A stretch of 64,000 nucleotides of DNA from assembly GCF_030144855.1 (NCBI RefSeq), contig NC_082718.1:96968001-97032000 (forward strand), in the 5' to 3' direction. Below, piece after piece: positions 48,361 through 60,299 of the stretch (position 1 is the first letter of the stretch; every line of letters starts with the position of its first letter). Position numbers and translations under genes: made by a program. Below the pieces are notes generated by a model, which did no database searches, was not told the origin of the DNA, and worked only from the letters and a program-made list of their open reading frames with translations. This stretch comes from Hypanus sabinus (Eukaryota).

Positions 48361-49864
48361 CTTAGGTCATCCTAAATATTTTGCAAGCAAATATGTACAA
48401 ATTATATTAGTACGTATATAACATTTATCTATCTGGCATACTTTCAAGTGATATTGTTGAACGCCGAAGGAAATTTCTAAAGGTATTCCTGAGGGAATGT
48501 GATAGATGTTCATAAGCTTAATGCTATAACTGATGACTTGAACTATAGATTCACTATACATGAATGGAACTGTCTTACAGCTCAGGCAGTGTAACATAAA
48601 AACATTTTAATCAAAATAATACATTCTGGATCCTAGTGAACGAGTACCTTGTGATCACACCATAAACTGAAGCATAGCAAACCCACTCCCACCTCGTTTC
48701 CTGAATTCCGAGCTTGTGTGTGAGAGCAAGATAATGTTTTGCGTTATGCCTTCACTGAAGGTATTGTCAGGCCATGTACAGTCTTTTGCCAATAGTTTTT
48801 CATTCAGAAAAATTGGGAATTTTGAACTTGTTTAGAAACACCAAATCTGTGCATGAACATGGGCTCTTATCAATTGCAAGCGCTATGGGACCGCTGGGGA
48901 AATGCAGATTTAGCCTGCCACATAGAACCGCTGTTTGGGGTTGATAGTGAGCAGCAGTGGCTGGAGTTCCTCAGAGTAACAAATGGCGCACGATTGGTTT
49001 ATCTGAAAGAAGCAAAGCATTCTAAAGGGAGGACGAGGCAATTGTGGCTGACGAGGCAAGTCAAAGAGCATAAAAGCAAAAGAGAGGGCACACAATGTCA
49101 CAAAAATTATTTATTTTATTTACAATAAATCAAAAAGCTCCTTTGAGTGTTGCTGCCCAGCAACCCCTGACAACCTTGTTTTAACCCTAACCTAATCTTG
49201 GGACAATTTACGGTGACATACTAACCTACTAATTGGTAGGTCTTTGGACTGTGGGAAGAAAACAGAGCATTGGGAGAAAACCACTCATTCCACAGGAAGA
49301 ACATACAGAGACTCCTTACAGAGGATGCCAGGATTGAGTTCTGATGCCCCGGTCTTTGGTAGTATTGTGCTACCGTGGGAAGCTTTTCAAAACCAACAAA
49401 AAGCAATAAAAATAAAGAGGGAAAAGATGAAATATGCAGGTAAGCAAGCCAATAAAATAAGAGAATACCAAGAGTTTTATATATGTCAGGAGGCAGAGTG
49501 GCTATTACTAAGGAGAAGGTGTTTGAGAAGCTGCAAGGTCTAAAGGTAGAAAGATCACCTGGTTCAGAATGACTAAACCCAGGGTTCTGAAGAAGCTCGC
49601 TGAGGAGATTAGAGAGGCTTTAGTGATATTTTAAAAATCACTAGGTTCTGGATTGGACTGGAAAATCACAAATATTACTCCACATTTTAAAAAGACAGGA
49701 AATCATACAATGTTAACCTGACTTCAGTGGCTGGCACTGTGAGTTTAATGGTTGGTGTACATTAAGGATGAGGGTTTGGGGTATTTGTTGGCACATGGTA
49801 AAAAGGCCAAAGTCAGCATGGTTTCCTTAAGGGGAATTCTTGCCGGATATTTCATTGGAATTCT

Positions 49865-50600
49865 GTAAGAAAAGGAGAAACCAGAGGTCCATGAGCAAGT
49901 AATCAGAGGATAAGAGGTGGGGAGGGTCAGTAACTTTAAGTTCCTAGGTGACAGTATCTCAGAGGACCTGTCCTGGCCCCATCATATTAATACAATTGCG
50001 AAGAAAGCACGACAGTGCCTCTACTTCCTCGGGAGTTTGCAGAGAGTCGGCATGCCATCGAAAACCTTGGCAAACTTCTCTAGATGTGTGGTGGAAAGTG
50101 TGCTGACTGGCTGCATTATGGCCCAGTATGGATACACCAATGCCTTTGAGTGGAAAATCCTACAAAAGGTAGTGGACTCCACCCGACACATCACGGGTAA
50201 AACTCTCCCAACCATTGAGCACATCCACATGAAACATTGCCATAGAAAAGCAGCGTCCATCACCAAAGATCGTCACCAGCTAAGCCATGCTCTTTTCTCG
50301 CTGCTACCACAGGCACAAAGTACAAGTGCCTCAGGACTCATACCACCAGGTTCAAGAACAGTCACTAACCTTTAACCATCAGGCTCTTGAATAAAACACT
50401 CATTTATGGACTCTTTTATCTTGTTATTTCATGGTTATTATTTATTGCTATTTATTATCTGTATTTACAGTTTACAGTTCCTGATGTTTACAGATCCTGT
50501 TTAGTTACTGTTCTGCAGATTTGCTGAGTATGCCCACAGAAAAAAAAATCTCAGGGTGGTGACATGCATGTACTCTGATGATAAATTTTACTTAAACTTT
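49865..50600 (+). mobile_element. Rex1/RTE-X-like LINE 3' fragment
   Basis: ORF 49917..50375 (VSNFKFLG..ISEDLSW..HIN...KKARQCLYFL...VESVLTGCI). Confidence 0.8.
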
Positions 50601-51299
50601 AAAATGTGTGAAACCTGAGCAGTGATTGTCTTCTGAAACCAGTCATTTGCTGCCTGAGTTATGACTATCGCAACAAATTTCTGACTAGCTTGAGAGCAGC
50701 TGCTCCTGTGTGAAGCATTGTCCATTACACAGTGCAGTCAAGTATGATCTTATAAGATAGGGGTTCCCAATCTGGGGTCCTTGGACCCCTTGCTTCATGG
50801 TATTGGCAAAGTTAACACCTTGCTTGACACCAGTCATCACTGAGGATAGGAATCAAACAGCTGGAGTAACTCAGCTGGTCAGCAGCAACTGCAGAGGCAA
50901 AGGAAAGGTTGATGTCTTGGCTCAAGATCTTGCACTGTGTTCATCAACTTGCTGAGTTCCTTCAGCTGTCCGTATTTTGCTGCAGATTCCACCATCTGCA
51001 CTGTCTTGTGTCTCCCAATGCAGTGTAATTCTGTTTTGGAACGCACAGGTTAGTATGAGAGCCTGCATGTTGTAGAACAAGCGTTGAGACAAAGATGAAT
51101 TTCAATGCGCTGCAGAATTTGAGGAGAGTTTCCGGTCGTTATGATGCCTGAACATTCAAATTGGTGATGGGTGTATCTTCAGTGCCAAGCACTTGATTGT
51201 AAATCATTACTCTGGGGGTTGGTGGTGGGACTGTAGTACAGTAATCCGGAGCTGTTGTGGTAGACTGTGGTTCCCGGCACCACTGGGGCGACAACCTGT

Positions 51300-51372
51300 T
51301 TGGATTTCGCGCACCGGAAGCGGAAGTCGGGGCAGCCGGGTCGGGTCGCAATGAAAACAAGTAAGATGGCGA
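51300..51372 (+). promoter_or_regulatory. FBXO21: FBXO21 CpG-island housekeeping promoter
   Basis: TTTCGCGC (E2F-like, 51305-51312), tandem ETS/GABP sites ACCGGAAGCGGAAGT (51313-51327), and YY1-like AAGATGGCG over the start codon. Confidence 0.65.
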
Positions 51373-51547
51373 CGACGGTGGGAGAGGGCGGTGGTTTGGT
51401 GGATTTGCCCGAGGAGGTGCTGGAGCAGATATTTTGCTGCCCTTCGCTGAGCTACGTGGACGTGGTCAGCGTCTGTCAGACGTGCAGGAAGTTGCATGAG
51501 GTGTGTCAGGGCCGGAGCACCGTCTGGAGGCACAAGTTCAGGCACAG
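51366..51547 (+). CDS. FBXO21: F-box only protein 21, exon 1 (F-box)
   Basis: MATTVGEGGGLVDLPEEVLEQIFCCPSLSYVDVVSVCQTCRKLHEVCQGRSTVWRHKFRH(R) resembles the FBXO21 F-box (LVNLPGEVLEYILCC.SL...TCRRLRELCQ...VW..F.R). AG|GTGAAT donor. Exon 2 was not found in the window. Confidence 0.85.
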
Positions 51548-52596
51548 GTGAATGAGGCGGGGGAGGGGAGGTGCGGGGTTGGGGGGGGGGTGTCTGGAAT
51601 GAGATGGCTTTAGGGCTGGGGTGAATGTATGCGTTGGTCACTATTGGAGTGAGGGGTATGTAGCAATTTGTGGGAGGGGGCAGAGGTAGGGGGTTAGGAA
51701 GTGATGCATGATTTGCGATTTCTGGAAGGGCTGAATCTAGATTTACCCTGCGAAGAAACGCACTTTTAGATTTTGAAATATGGAATGAACCGTTTAAAGG
51801 AATGAGACCACATTATAAAACTTTCATAATATTGTTCACTCTTAACTGGACCTTGACCGTGTAACAGTGGGACATTTGGTATTGATTCTCTGTAAAGACA
51901 AATATGCCTTCATTAAACATTAAAAATTAGATTTTTACTGACAGTGGTTTGATTTACTCTATGTACAGCCTTTGATATCTGTAAGATTATCCAAATAAGG
52001 TGCAGACCTACTTGGTCTATCCAAGAAAGGTTTGTGGGGGAGGAAGGCTGGAAATTGATTCCATTAGTAATGTGCAATAACTCTATAAATTAGACCAATA
52101 TATAAATATATGTTTTAGAATCAGAATCAGGTATATTGTCACTGATATCTGTTACAAAATGTGTTGTTTTGTAGCAGCTGTACAGTACAATACATATATT
52201 CTAAATTGCAGTAAGTATATGTAATTTTTATGTAATCAAAACTGCCCATTACATCATCAGCACCAAGCTACCCACCATCAAGGACATACATACAGAAAGA
52301 TGCCAGAAGAGGGCTAGTAACATCACAACAGATCCCACACACCCTGCTCATGGACTGTTTGTCCCACTCCCATCGGGGGGAGGGAGGCTATGCAGCACAC
52401 ACTCCAGGATCACCAGACTCAAAAAACAAGTTACTTTCCCCAAGCAGTAAGGCTGATTAACACTTCTACCCACTAACCCATGCCTCTGTGCCCCCAACCA
52501 CCACTTTTTTTTATCATCACTTTATGTACTAACTCTCCTGTGGCAAGTGCCACATTATGAACATATAATTAATCTGTCTAATACAGTATAAGATAT

Positions 52597-53506
52597 TGTT
52601 ACGAACCCCGTAACTGGGTTACTTACCAGCAAAGATAGAGGCATCCGTTGGAGTCTGGTGATACTATTTTTAATAGTATTTATTAGTAAAAATACACAAA
52701 AATAATATCAATGCAAGTATACAGATAATATATGTCATCAATACTAAACCTAAAAGTGCAGGTATAATAATAATAAGAAATAAGCTCTATCGTTGTCTGG
52801 GGGATAATGAATTGTCCAATGGAAATATAAAGTTCGCTTCAGTTCACACAGGCTGCCGTCGTTTGTCGCTGTGTTGCAGTTGTTGGAGAGAGAGAGAGAG
52901 AGATAGGAGAATGGGAACAGTTACCGCTACAGGTTTTGCCAACCTTCCTTTATGATTTCGATCCGTTGGTGTCTCGTTGTTGTGGCTGTTCAAGTGTGAC
53001 CTCTCCTTTAGCTAAACCGTTCTTCCGTGATGAGCCCGCCACCCAGGCAAGGGAGGACACACACGAGCTCTCACCGGCTTCGCTATAATACGCTGTCACT
53101 GGATTTCTAGCGTTTCTCCTGGTGTGTCTAAAGGGTTGTTCCCCAGACCCGTCTTTTATCCTCACTCATGGGGTCTCAGATGTCAATCAGGTTGGGATGG
53201 TGCAATCCCTCAACCAGACCACTCTGGTTGTCCCCTGAGGGGTTTCAATGAATAGTACAGTACTCAATACACAATTCCTTCTCCAAGAGACAATGGCAGT
53301 AATCAGTGGTTCCGTTCCGCTTATGTCAGGAGACATTCCACCGGGTTATGTATTCTGTGTTTCTCCTTCTCGTTTCCTGGGTATGATGTGTATCTCTCTC
53401 ATTTCTTGGGTCTCAGAGCTGAAATAATAGCGATCCTGCGATTCTCAAAAAGGAGGGGGCGACTTTGCACCCTTCGGCCCCTCAGAGTTGCTCCACATTG
53501 GTAACA
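52597..53506 (-). mobile_element. Solo LTR (910 bp) with 4-bp TSD
   Basis: Termini TGTTAC...GTAACA. TSD ATAT at 52593-96 and 53507-10. Minus-strand AATAAA near 52680. It interrupts a LINE tail. Confidence 0.8.
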
Positions 53507-53814
53507 ATATGTATTTGTATTTGTGTTTGTTTATTATTATTACCTTATTTTTAATCTTAATTGTGTTTTTTATGTGCTGCATTGGATACTGAGTAACAAT
53601 TATTTCATTCTCCTTTGCACTTGTGTACAGGAAATGACATGAAGCAATCTTGAACAAAAAATAAATAAGCAGTGCAAAAAGAGAGCAAAATAGTGGTAAC
53701 CAATCTTATCTCAGATTATTAGGTATATGATACTGATATCTGTATATAAGCCAGAGTTTGTTGTACAGTAGTAGTTTTGTAACTATCTTTTACAATAGCT
53801 TTCACTTCCCTTGT

Positions 53815-54960
53815 CAGCCATGGTTGTACTACTTTACCATTTGAGTATTTTTTAATTTTTTTGGAATACACCTTCCTGCACCTTCCTCATTTTTCCCAGA
53901 AAAGCACACCATTGCTGCTCTGCTGACATCCAAGTTGGAATGATTTCTGCTACAGTTAATACCATTTTTTTAAGATTCTTGTCCTTTTCCCTGACTCTTT
54001 GGCTCCAGGTTTGAACTGTAGTTCTGGGTGAAGGTGACACTATATTTGTTAGACAGCCATTCAATCGTGAACAGTCAGAGTGGACTCCAGTGAGTACAGG
54101 CCCAGAGCCATCAAGTGCTTTTAAAATGTTAGCCCTTTCATTCCTGGGATCAGCATCATGAACCTCCTCTGGACCCTTTCCAATGCCAGCGCATCCTTAC
54201 ATAAAGGGCCCAAAACTGCTCACAGTAAGTACAGTCTAACCATTGCCTTATAAAGCCTCAATATTACATCTTTGCTCTTCTATTCTCCTCTCAAAATGAA
54301 TGCTAACTTTGCATTTGCCTTTCTTACCATCAACTCAACATGCAAGTTAACTTTAAGGAATCCTGCATGAGGTCTCCCAAGTCCCTTTGCACCTCTGATT
54401 TTAGAATTTTCTTGCTGTTTAGACAATAATTTCAACTTTATTCATGCATGGCCATACACTTCTCTACACAAAATTCCAAATGCCACTTCTTTGCCCATTC
54501 TCCCAATCTACCTAAGTCCTTCCGCAGACTCCCTGCTTCCTCAATGCTATCTTTTCCTTTGTTCGCAAACCTAGCCTTTACCTCTTGCCAGTCAGCCAAT
54601 GATCTATCGATGCTAGTGTCTTTCCTTCAATTCCATGGACTAGTATCTTGTTAAGTAGCCTCATGTGCAACACCTTGTCAAAGGCCTTCTGAAAATCCAA
54701 GTAAACAACATCCACTGACTACTTCGTCTATCCTGATTGTTATTTTCTTCAAGAATTCAACAGATTTATCAGGTAACTTTTCCCCTTAAGGAAGCCTTGC
54801 TTAACCAAAGCCTTTTTTATCATGTGCCTCCAAGGCACTCCAAGACCTCAAACTTAATTATGGACTCCAGCATCTTCTCAACCTCTAAGTCATGCTAACT
54901 GGCCAATAATTTCCTTTCTTCTGCCTCCTTCCCTCCTTAAGGAGAGGTATTTTCAGTTTT
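53815..54960 (-). mobile_element. Degraded CR1 LINE
   Basis: Minus strand shows VDVVYLDFQKAFDKV and RPVSMT-type RT motifs and a CR1 3' region. Confidence 0.7.
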
Positions 54961-55479
54961 CCAGACCTACTCTCCAGCTGTCAACTAGTTCTCAATCTAT
55001 GCCCATATATTCTTCCCCAATCCTAGGTACTGTCATTTTGCCCACTAATGTCTTACATGTGAATACTACTCTACTACTTTGCTACGCTACTAGTTAAATT
55101 CTCAAAACTCCAGTACTAACAGAGCATGCTGGTCCAGAAGTTAAAAAATAAACAACTGGTGGCATACTGGCAAACCGGATCAAAAGCTAACTTAGGAGAC
55201 AAAGTAGTGATGGAGGATGGCTTTTCTGACTGGAAGTCAGTGACCAGTTGTATATTGTAGGGATCAGCGGTGTGGCCTTTGTTCTTTGTAATATGTATAT
55301 ACAGAAATGTACAAAATCTGACAATCACTTAGATTAGAATGTAAATATAACCATTAAATTTGCTGTTGTAAGAATTGGAGTCTTAGTGAAGATTACTTAA
55401 TGATACAGAGGGATATAGATCAGCTATTGATTTGGGTGGATTGAAAGCAGATGGAATCTAGCTAAGTGTTCGGTGGATA

Positions 55480-56035
55480 CAGGTTTCCCCCCGGTATCCG
55501 AAGGTAGAGCGTTCCTATGGAACTGTTTGTATGCTGAAACGTCGTAAAGCGAAGAAGCAATTTACCATTAATTTATATGGGAAAAATTTTTGAATGTTCC
55601 CAGACCCAAAAAATAACCTACCAAATCATACCAAATAACACATAAAACCTAAAATAACACAACATATAGTAAAAGCAGAAATGATATAAATATACAGCCT
55701 ATATAAAGTAGAAATATTGTATGTGTGGTCTAGATTCACTTATCAAAATCGGGAAGACAGTGAGCCAAAATTGATTTTGAGAAAAAAAATCAGCATGTCT
55801 ACGCATGTGCTTGTTCACACATATGTATGTACACGCATGCGCACACAACTGCCCACACAAGGTTTCACGGTCATGGTAGTCTTTCTTGGGGTAAACACAC
55901 ATATAAAGCGGGCGTCTTTCTTTCATAAAAGCGAAAATCCTCTTTGGTTAGCAAAAACAGGTACTGATGTAGGTCTTTCATAACAGCAAGCTGTCGTAAA
56001 GCAAACGTTCGAAAAACGTGGGGGGGGGCCACCTG
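55480..56035. mobile_element. Tigger/pogo-like non-autonomous DNA element
   Basis: Termini TA|CAGGTTTCCCCCC... and ...GGGGGGGCCACCTG|TT, with subterminal inverted similarity (CGTAAAGC). It interrupts a CR1 fragment. Confidence 0.65.
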
Positions 56036-57774
56036 TTTCAGATTCTGGTAGGACATATACAATAAATAACAAATCCTGTGCAACTATTATGGACACCATT
56101 TTGTTCAGCACTGTAAACTACTCTTTGAAGGACAGTCAACCAGTACGTGGGCTGTTCCCTGATGCAGATTTCCCCTCAAGTCTCAGCATTTTGATGTGAA
56201 AATATATTGTACCTCTTTCAGAAAAGGATTAAATGGAGAAATTTGCATTCGACAGTGGTACTTCAAGGCAGCAGATTACTCCCTTCTCATGGTCTTTCAG
56301 GGATGGGCACTGACTGCTGGCCTCTGCAGTAATGCAGTCATTCCATTAATAAATAACAATCTGATCAAATGAAAACCATACCAAGCATTGATTTTTGTCT
56401 TGGCGCTTATCTCCAATAGTATACATCTATACATCTGTAGTAGTATACGTCTATTTTATGTCATCCTTTATTATCAAGGCTACTGTCTTTCATTTATCTT
56501 TTCTAAAAGTCAAGTTTTCTGCAAAGTATAATTCATCTGTTCATATTTTAATTTACAAAATCAGAATTGATAAGGCATCATTTTTATATGAAAGTGCCGT
56601 GCATTTGGATACAACATCAATTTTAAACTTCTATCATTTTTACTTCATTTGGTTTTGTTCACTGATTTTAGATTTTAGCCCTGCTTCTTCTCCAGGTTTC
56701 TGAATTATGGGGTGACCAAGATTACTGAGGAAGAACAGACTTCCGTAGATGGAGTGGAATGTGCCTGATGACAGCTATTGGGATAGTCTTTGAAGTGTTG
56801 CAAAGCTTCCACCATTTATGCTGGGTTTCCTTAGCTCCCAATCCATGGACTCAAGGTTCTCAGTATTATATGAATATTCCTTTCCGCTTTGGAAGGTTAT
56901 TGGGCAGGATTCCCCATCGGCATTTATTGAGATGTAATTTCCTGGATATGGGAAATGGTCCAGGTTTTTGAAGTTTGCTGTGAATACTTATAACCAAAGG
57001 CCAGTTTTGTTCATAGAACAGATTGGGGAAGGCCCACTTCCCAAGGGCTTTGACTCAAGTCCCATCTTGTATATATCTGTCCATGAGTTGGCTGTACCTT
57101 AATGCTTAGCCTTCAGCTGTGTGCAACCACATGTGGTCTGTGGCTATGGTTGAGTTGATCTCAGCTCTGAAGTGTAGTTATTATTGTTTAGCTCAAATTG
57201 TGTTGGCTCCATTCCTGTTGTTGGAAGTAAGATGCAATATAGCAGTTGAGAAAGGCATTGGGTATAATGGCACAGTCACGTTTGCTCCCCTTGATTATTT
57301 TGTCACCTGTTTATATTAAGAAGTTGCTGCAATTTGAATAGTTTCCCATTGCGAAGATTAGCTGCATTACTGTGGAGTGCTCCTTGAAGGTGGGATGTAG
57401 CATTGTGATGAAAAAGACTTGGAGGTGCAGGGCCAGTGATGCAGCCTTGCTTGATGTTTGTGAAGATTTATGCTGTGGCTTTGAATTATGCAGTAAAGAT
57501 CATATTCAGTGTTCCTTCATGTGGACGGAATCTTAACTGCAAATGAAGGAAATAACATTTTGACCACTTTTTAATTTTATTATTTGGAGATACAGCATGG
57601 AACAGGCCCTTCTGACCCAATGAACAGCACCGCCCAGCAACCCACTATTTAAACCTAGCCTAAAGAGAAGACAATTTACAATGACCAATTAACGTACAAA
57701 CTGGCACGCCTTTGGACTATGGGAGGAAACCAGGTCACCCGGAGCAAACCCTTTTTGTTTTTTGCCCATGGATC

Positions 57775-59235
57775 AAATAAACTCACACAAAATGCTGGTG
57801 GAACACAGCAGGCCAGGCAGATCTATAAGAAGAAGCACTGTTGACGTTTCGGGCTGAGACCCTTCATCAGGACTAACTAAAAGGAAAGATAGTACGAGAT
57901 TTGGAAGTAGTGGGGGGAAGGGGAAGTGCGAAATGATAGGAAAAGACCGGAGGGGGTGGGATGAAGTTAAGAGCTGGAAAGGTGATTGGCGAAAGTGATG
58001 CAGAGCTGGAGAAGGGAAAGGATCATGGGACGGGAGGCCTCGGGAGAAAGAAAGGGGAGGGAGGGAAAGCACCAGAAGGAGATGGAGAACAGGCAAGCAA
58101 CTAAATATGTCAGGGATGGGGTAAGAAGGGGAGGAGGGGCATTAACGGAAGTTAGAGAAGTCAATGTTCATGCCATCAGGTTGGAAGCTACCTGATGCCA
58201 TCAGGTTGGAAGCCATCAGGCTCATGCCATCAGGTTGGAAGCGAAACGGTCTCCCAGTCTGCGTCATGTCTCACCAATATATAAAAGGCCACGCCGGGAG
58301 CACCAGACGCAGTATACCACACCAGCCGATTCACAGGTGAAGTGTCGCCTCACCTGGAAGGACTGTCTGGGAACCTGAATGGTGGTGAGGGAGGAAGTAT
58401 AAGGGCAGATGTAGCACTTGTTCCGCTTACAAGGATAAGTGCCAGGAGGGAGATCGGTGGGAAGGGATGGGCGGGGGGACAAGTGGACAAGGGAGTCGCG
58501 TAGGAAGCGATCCGTGCGGAAAGCAGAAAGAGGGGGGGAGAAAAAGTTGTGCTTGGTAGTGAGATCCCATTGGCCTTTTATATATTGGTAAGACCCGACG
58601 CAGACTGGGAGACTGTTTTGCTGAACACCTACGCTCGATCCGCCAGAGAAAGAAGGATCTCCCAGTAGCCACACATTTTAATTCCACGTCCCATTCCCAT
58701 TCTGATATGTCTATCCATGGCCACCTCTAATATCAAAATGAATCCAAACTCAGGTTGGAGGAACAACACCTTATATACCGGCTGGGTAGCCTCCAATCTG
58801 ATGGCATGAACATTGACTTCTCTAACTTCTGTTAATGCCCCTCCTCCCCTTCTTACCCCATCCCTGACATATTTAGTTGTTTGCCTGTTCTCCATCTCCC
58901 TCTGGTACTTTCCCTCCCTCCCCTTTCTTTCTCCCGAGGCCTCCCATCCCATGATCCTTTCCCTTCTCCAGCTCTGTATCACTTTTGCCAATCACCTTTC
59001 CAGCTCTTAACTTCATTCCACCCCCTCTGGTCTTCTCCTATCATTTCGCATTTCCCCTCCCCCCACTACTTTCAAATCTCTTACTATCTTTCCTTTCAGT
59101 TTGTCCTGACGAAGGGTCTCGGCCCAAAACGTCGACAGTGCTTCTCCTTATAGATGCTGCCTGGCCTGCTGTGTTCCACCAGCATTTTGTGTGTTGTTTG
59201 AATTTCCAGCATCTGCAGATTTCCTCGTGTTTGCT
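57775..59235. mobile_element. Penelope-like retroelement (GIY-YIG endonuclease) in an inverted, rearranged structure
   Basis: ORF 58264..58674 (PGTYPCKRNKCYIC...FTCESAGVVYCVWCSRRGLLYIGET) gives a Cys-rich linker plus GIY-YIG. Arms of about 410 bp at about 57783-58190 and 58780-59192 are inverted copies, each with a hammerhead motif. Confidence 0.85.
57838..57875 (-). ncRNA. Minimal hammerhead ribozyme motif (core intact, helix I mismatched)
   Basis: TAGTC-CTGATGA-A-GGGTCTCAGCCC-GAAA-C-GTC^AACAG on the minus strand. Confidence 0.5.
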
Positions 59236-60085
59236 GATCAAATAAACTGCTGTCTTTGCTGTCCTTCAAATTACATAAAAAATGCTTTACCAAGACTAGC
59301 ACAAAAAGCAATAAATATTGATAACTTTCAAACTTTAGCTTCCCAGCATGCTCTTATAATCAAGTGCAGCTGTTCAGTGTTTTTCTGTTTGTTTTATTTC
59401 TTGAGCAAATAATTCAAGGTTGTAACCCATGCTTTTATTTTTTTTGCAGCTAGAATGAAATGTACATGTTTAAAAGGCAGTAATTCTTCAAATTCTTAAG
59501 CATTGCCCATGCTGAGTTATAAGAGATTATAGCATTGGCAGGTTTGCCTGAAACTTCCCAATGATTTTTGTTTTTCACTTTTTAAAGCAGCAGTCCCTTT
59601 TTAAAGCATATTTTGTCTTCTGAAGACACAGCTAATCATACTCAAGCATGTCAAAAGTAAAAATGGAAATTTCTGAAAATATTCAACAGATGAGGTAGTG
59701 TCTTTAAAGAGAGAATAAGAAGTAATATTTTATATCAAACTCTTAATTGTTTGTAATCCATTTGGGCAAAGAATATGATTAGCAATATAGTTATCGTAAT
59801 TCTAGCTTTTTTCCAAAAACATTCCAGTTGTTTAAATTTGTAAAATGACTCTTTATTCCTTTTAACTGTTGAGATTCTTGTTCTGTCCTGTTAGCATTTT
59901 AGTCTGTGATTCATTTTGCATGTTGTATTCTCAGCATTGCACAAAGAGGGTTTAAAAAAAAAATAATAGTTATAGTGTCGGGGACTATTAGCCAATAATT
60001 TTACCTATATTTTCTATTTATCAATGTTAGTGTTTGGAAGAGTGGCAAAATGAAAAAGGTACATAATGTCATTGGAAGAGGGAAC

Positions 60086-60299
60086 TGTAGCGGTGTGCTA
60101 CAAACAGCGCTAAAATTACGACACGGAGTCGGTAACTGCAGTCGAAGGAAAAACTTTATTCGAAAACTTCAGCCTCACTTTTAAGCCTCTGTCAACCGGC
60201 CCCCCATGGCGAAGAGGCTCCAAAGCTCTGTGCTCGCAAACCCCCGTAGGCTATCTAATTGTGAGTCGGTTCGCATACGCTAGGAAATGAGCCGCCACA
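60086..60299 (-). repeat. 3' LTR (214 bp) of the Gypsy element
   Basis: Termini TGTGGCGG...CCGCTACA. AATAAA at 60160-60155. G9 polypurine tract at 60311-60303 just upstream. Confidence 0.9.

Noticed and set aside
51226-51237. ZNF143/SBS-like ACTACAGTCCCA upstream of FBXO21
   Set aside because: The spacer is one base shorter than the ACTACAnnTCCCA consensus, so support is insufficient.
58169-58242. Short direct repeats superficially like a CRISPR array
   Set aside because: Eukaryotic context, no unique spacers, and the unit is Penelope sequence.
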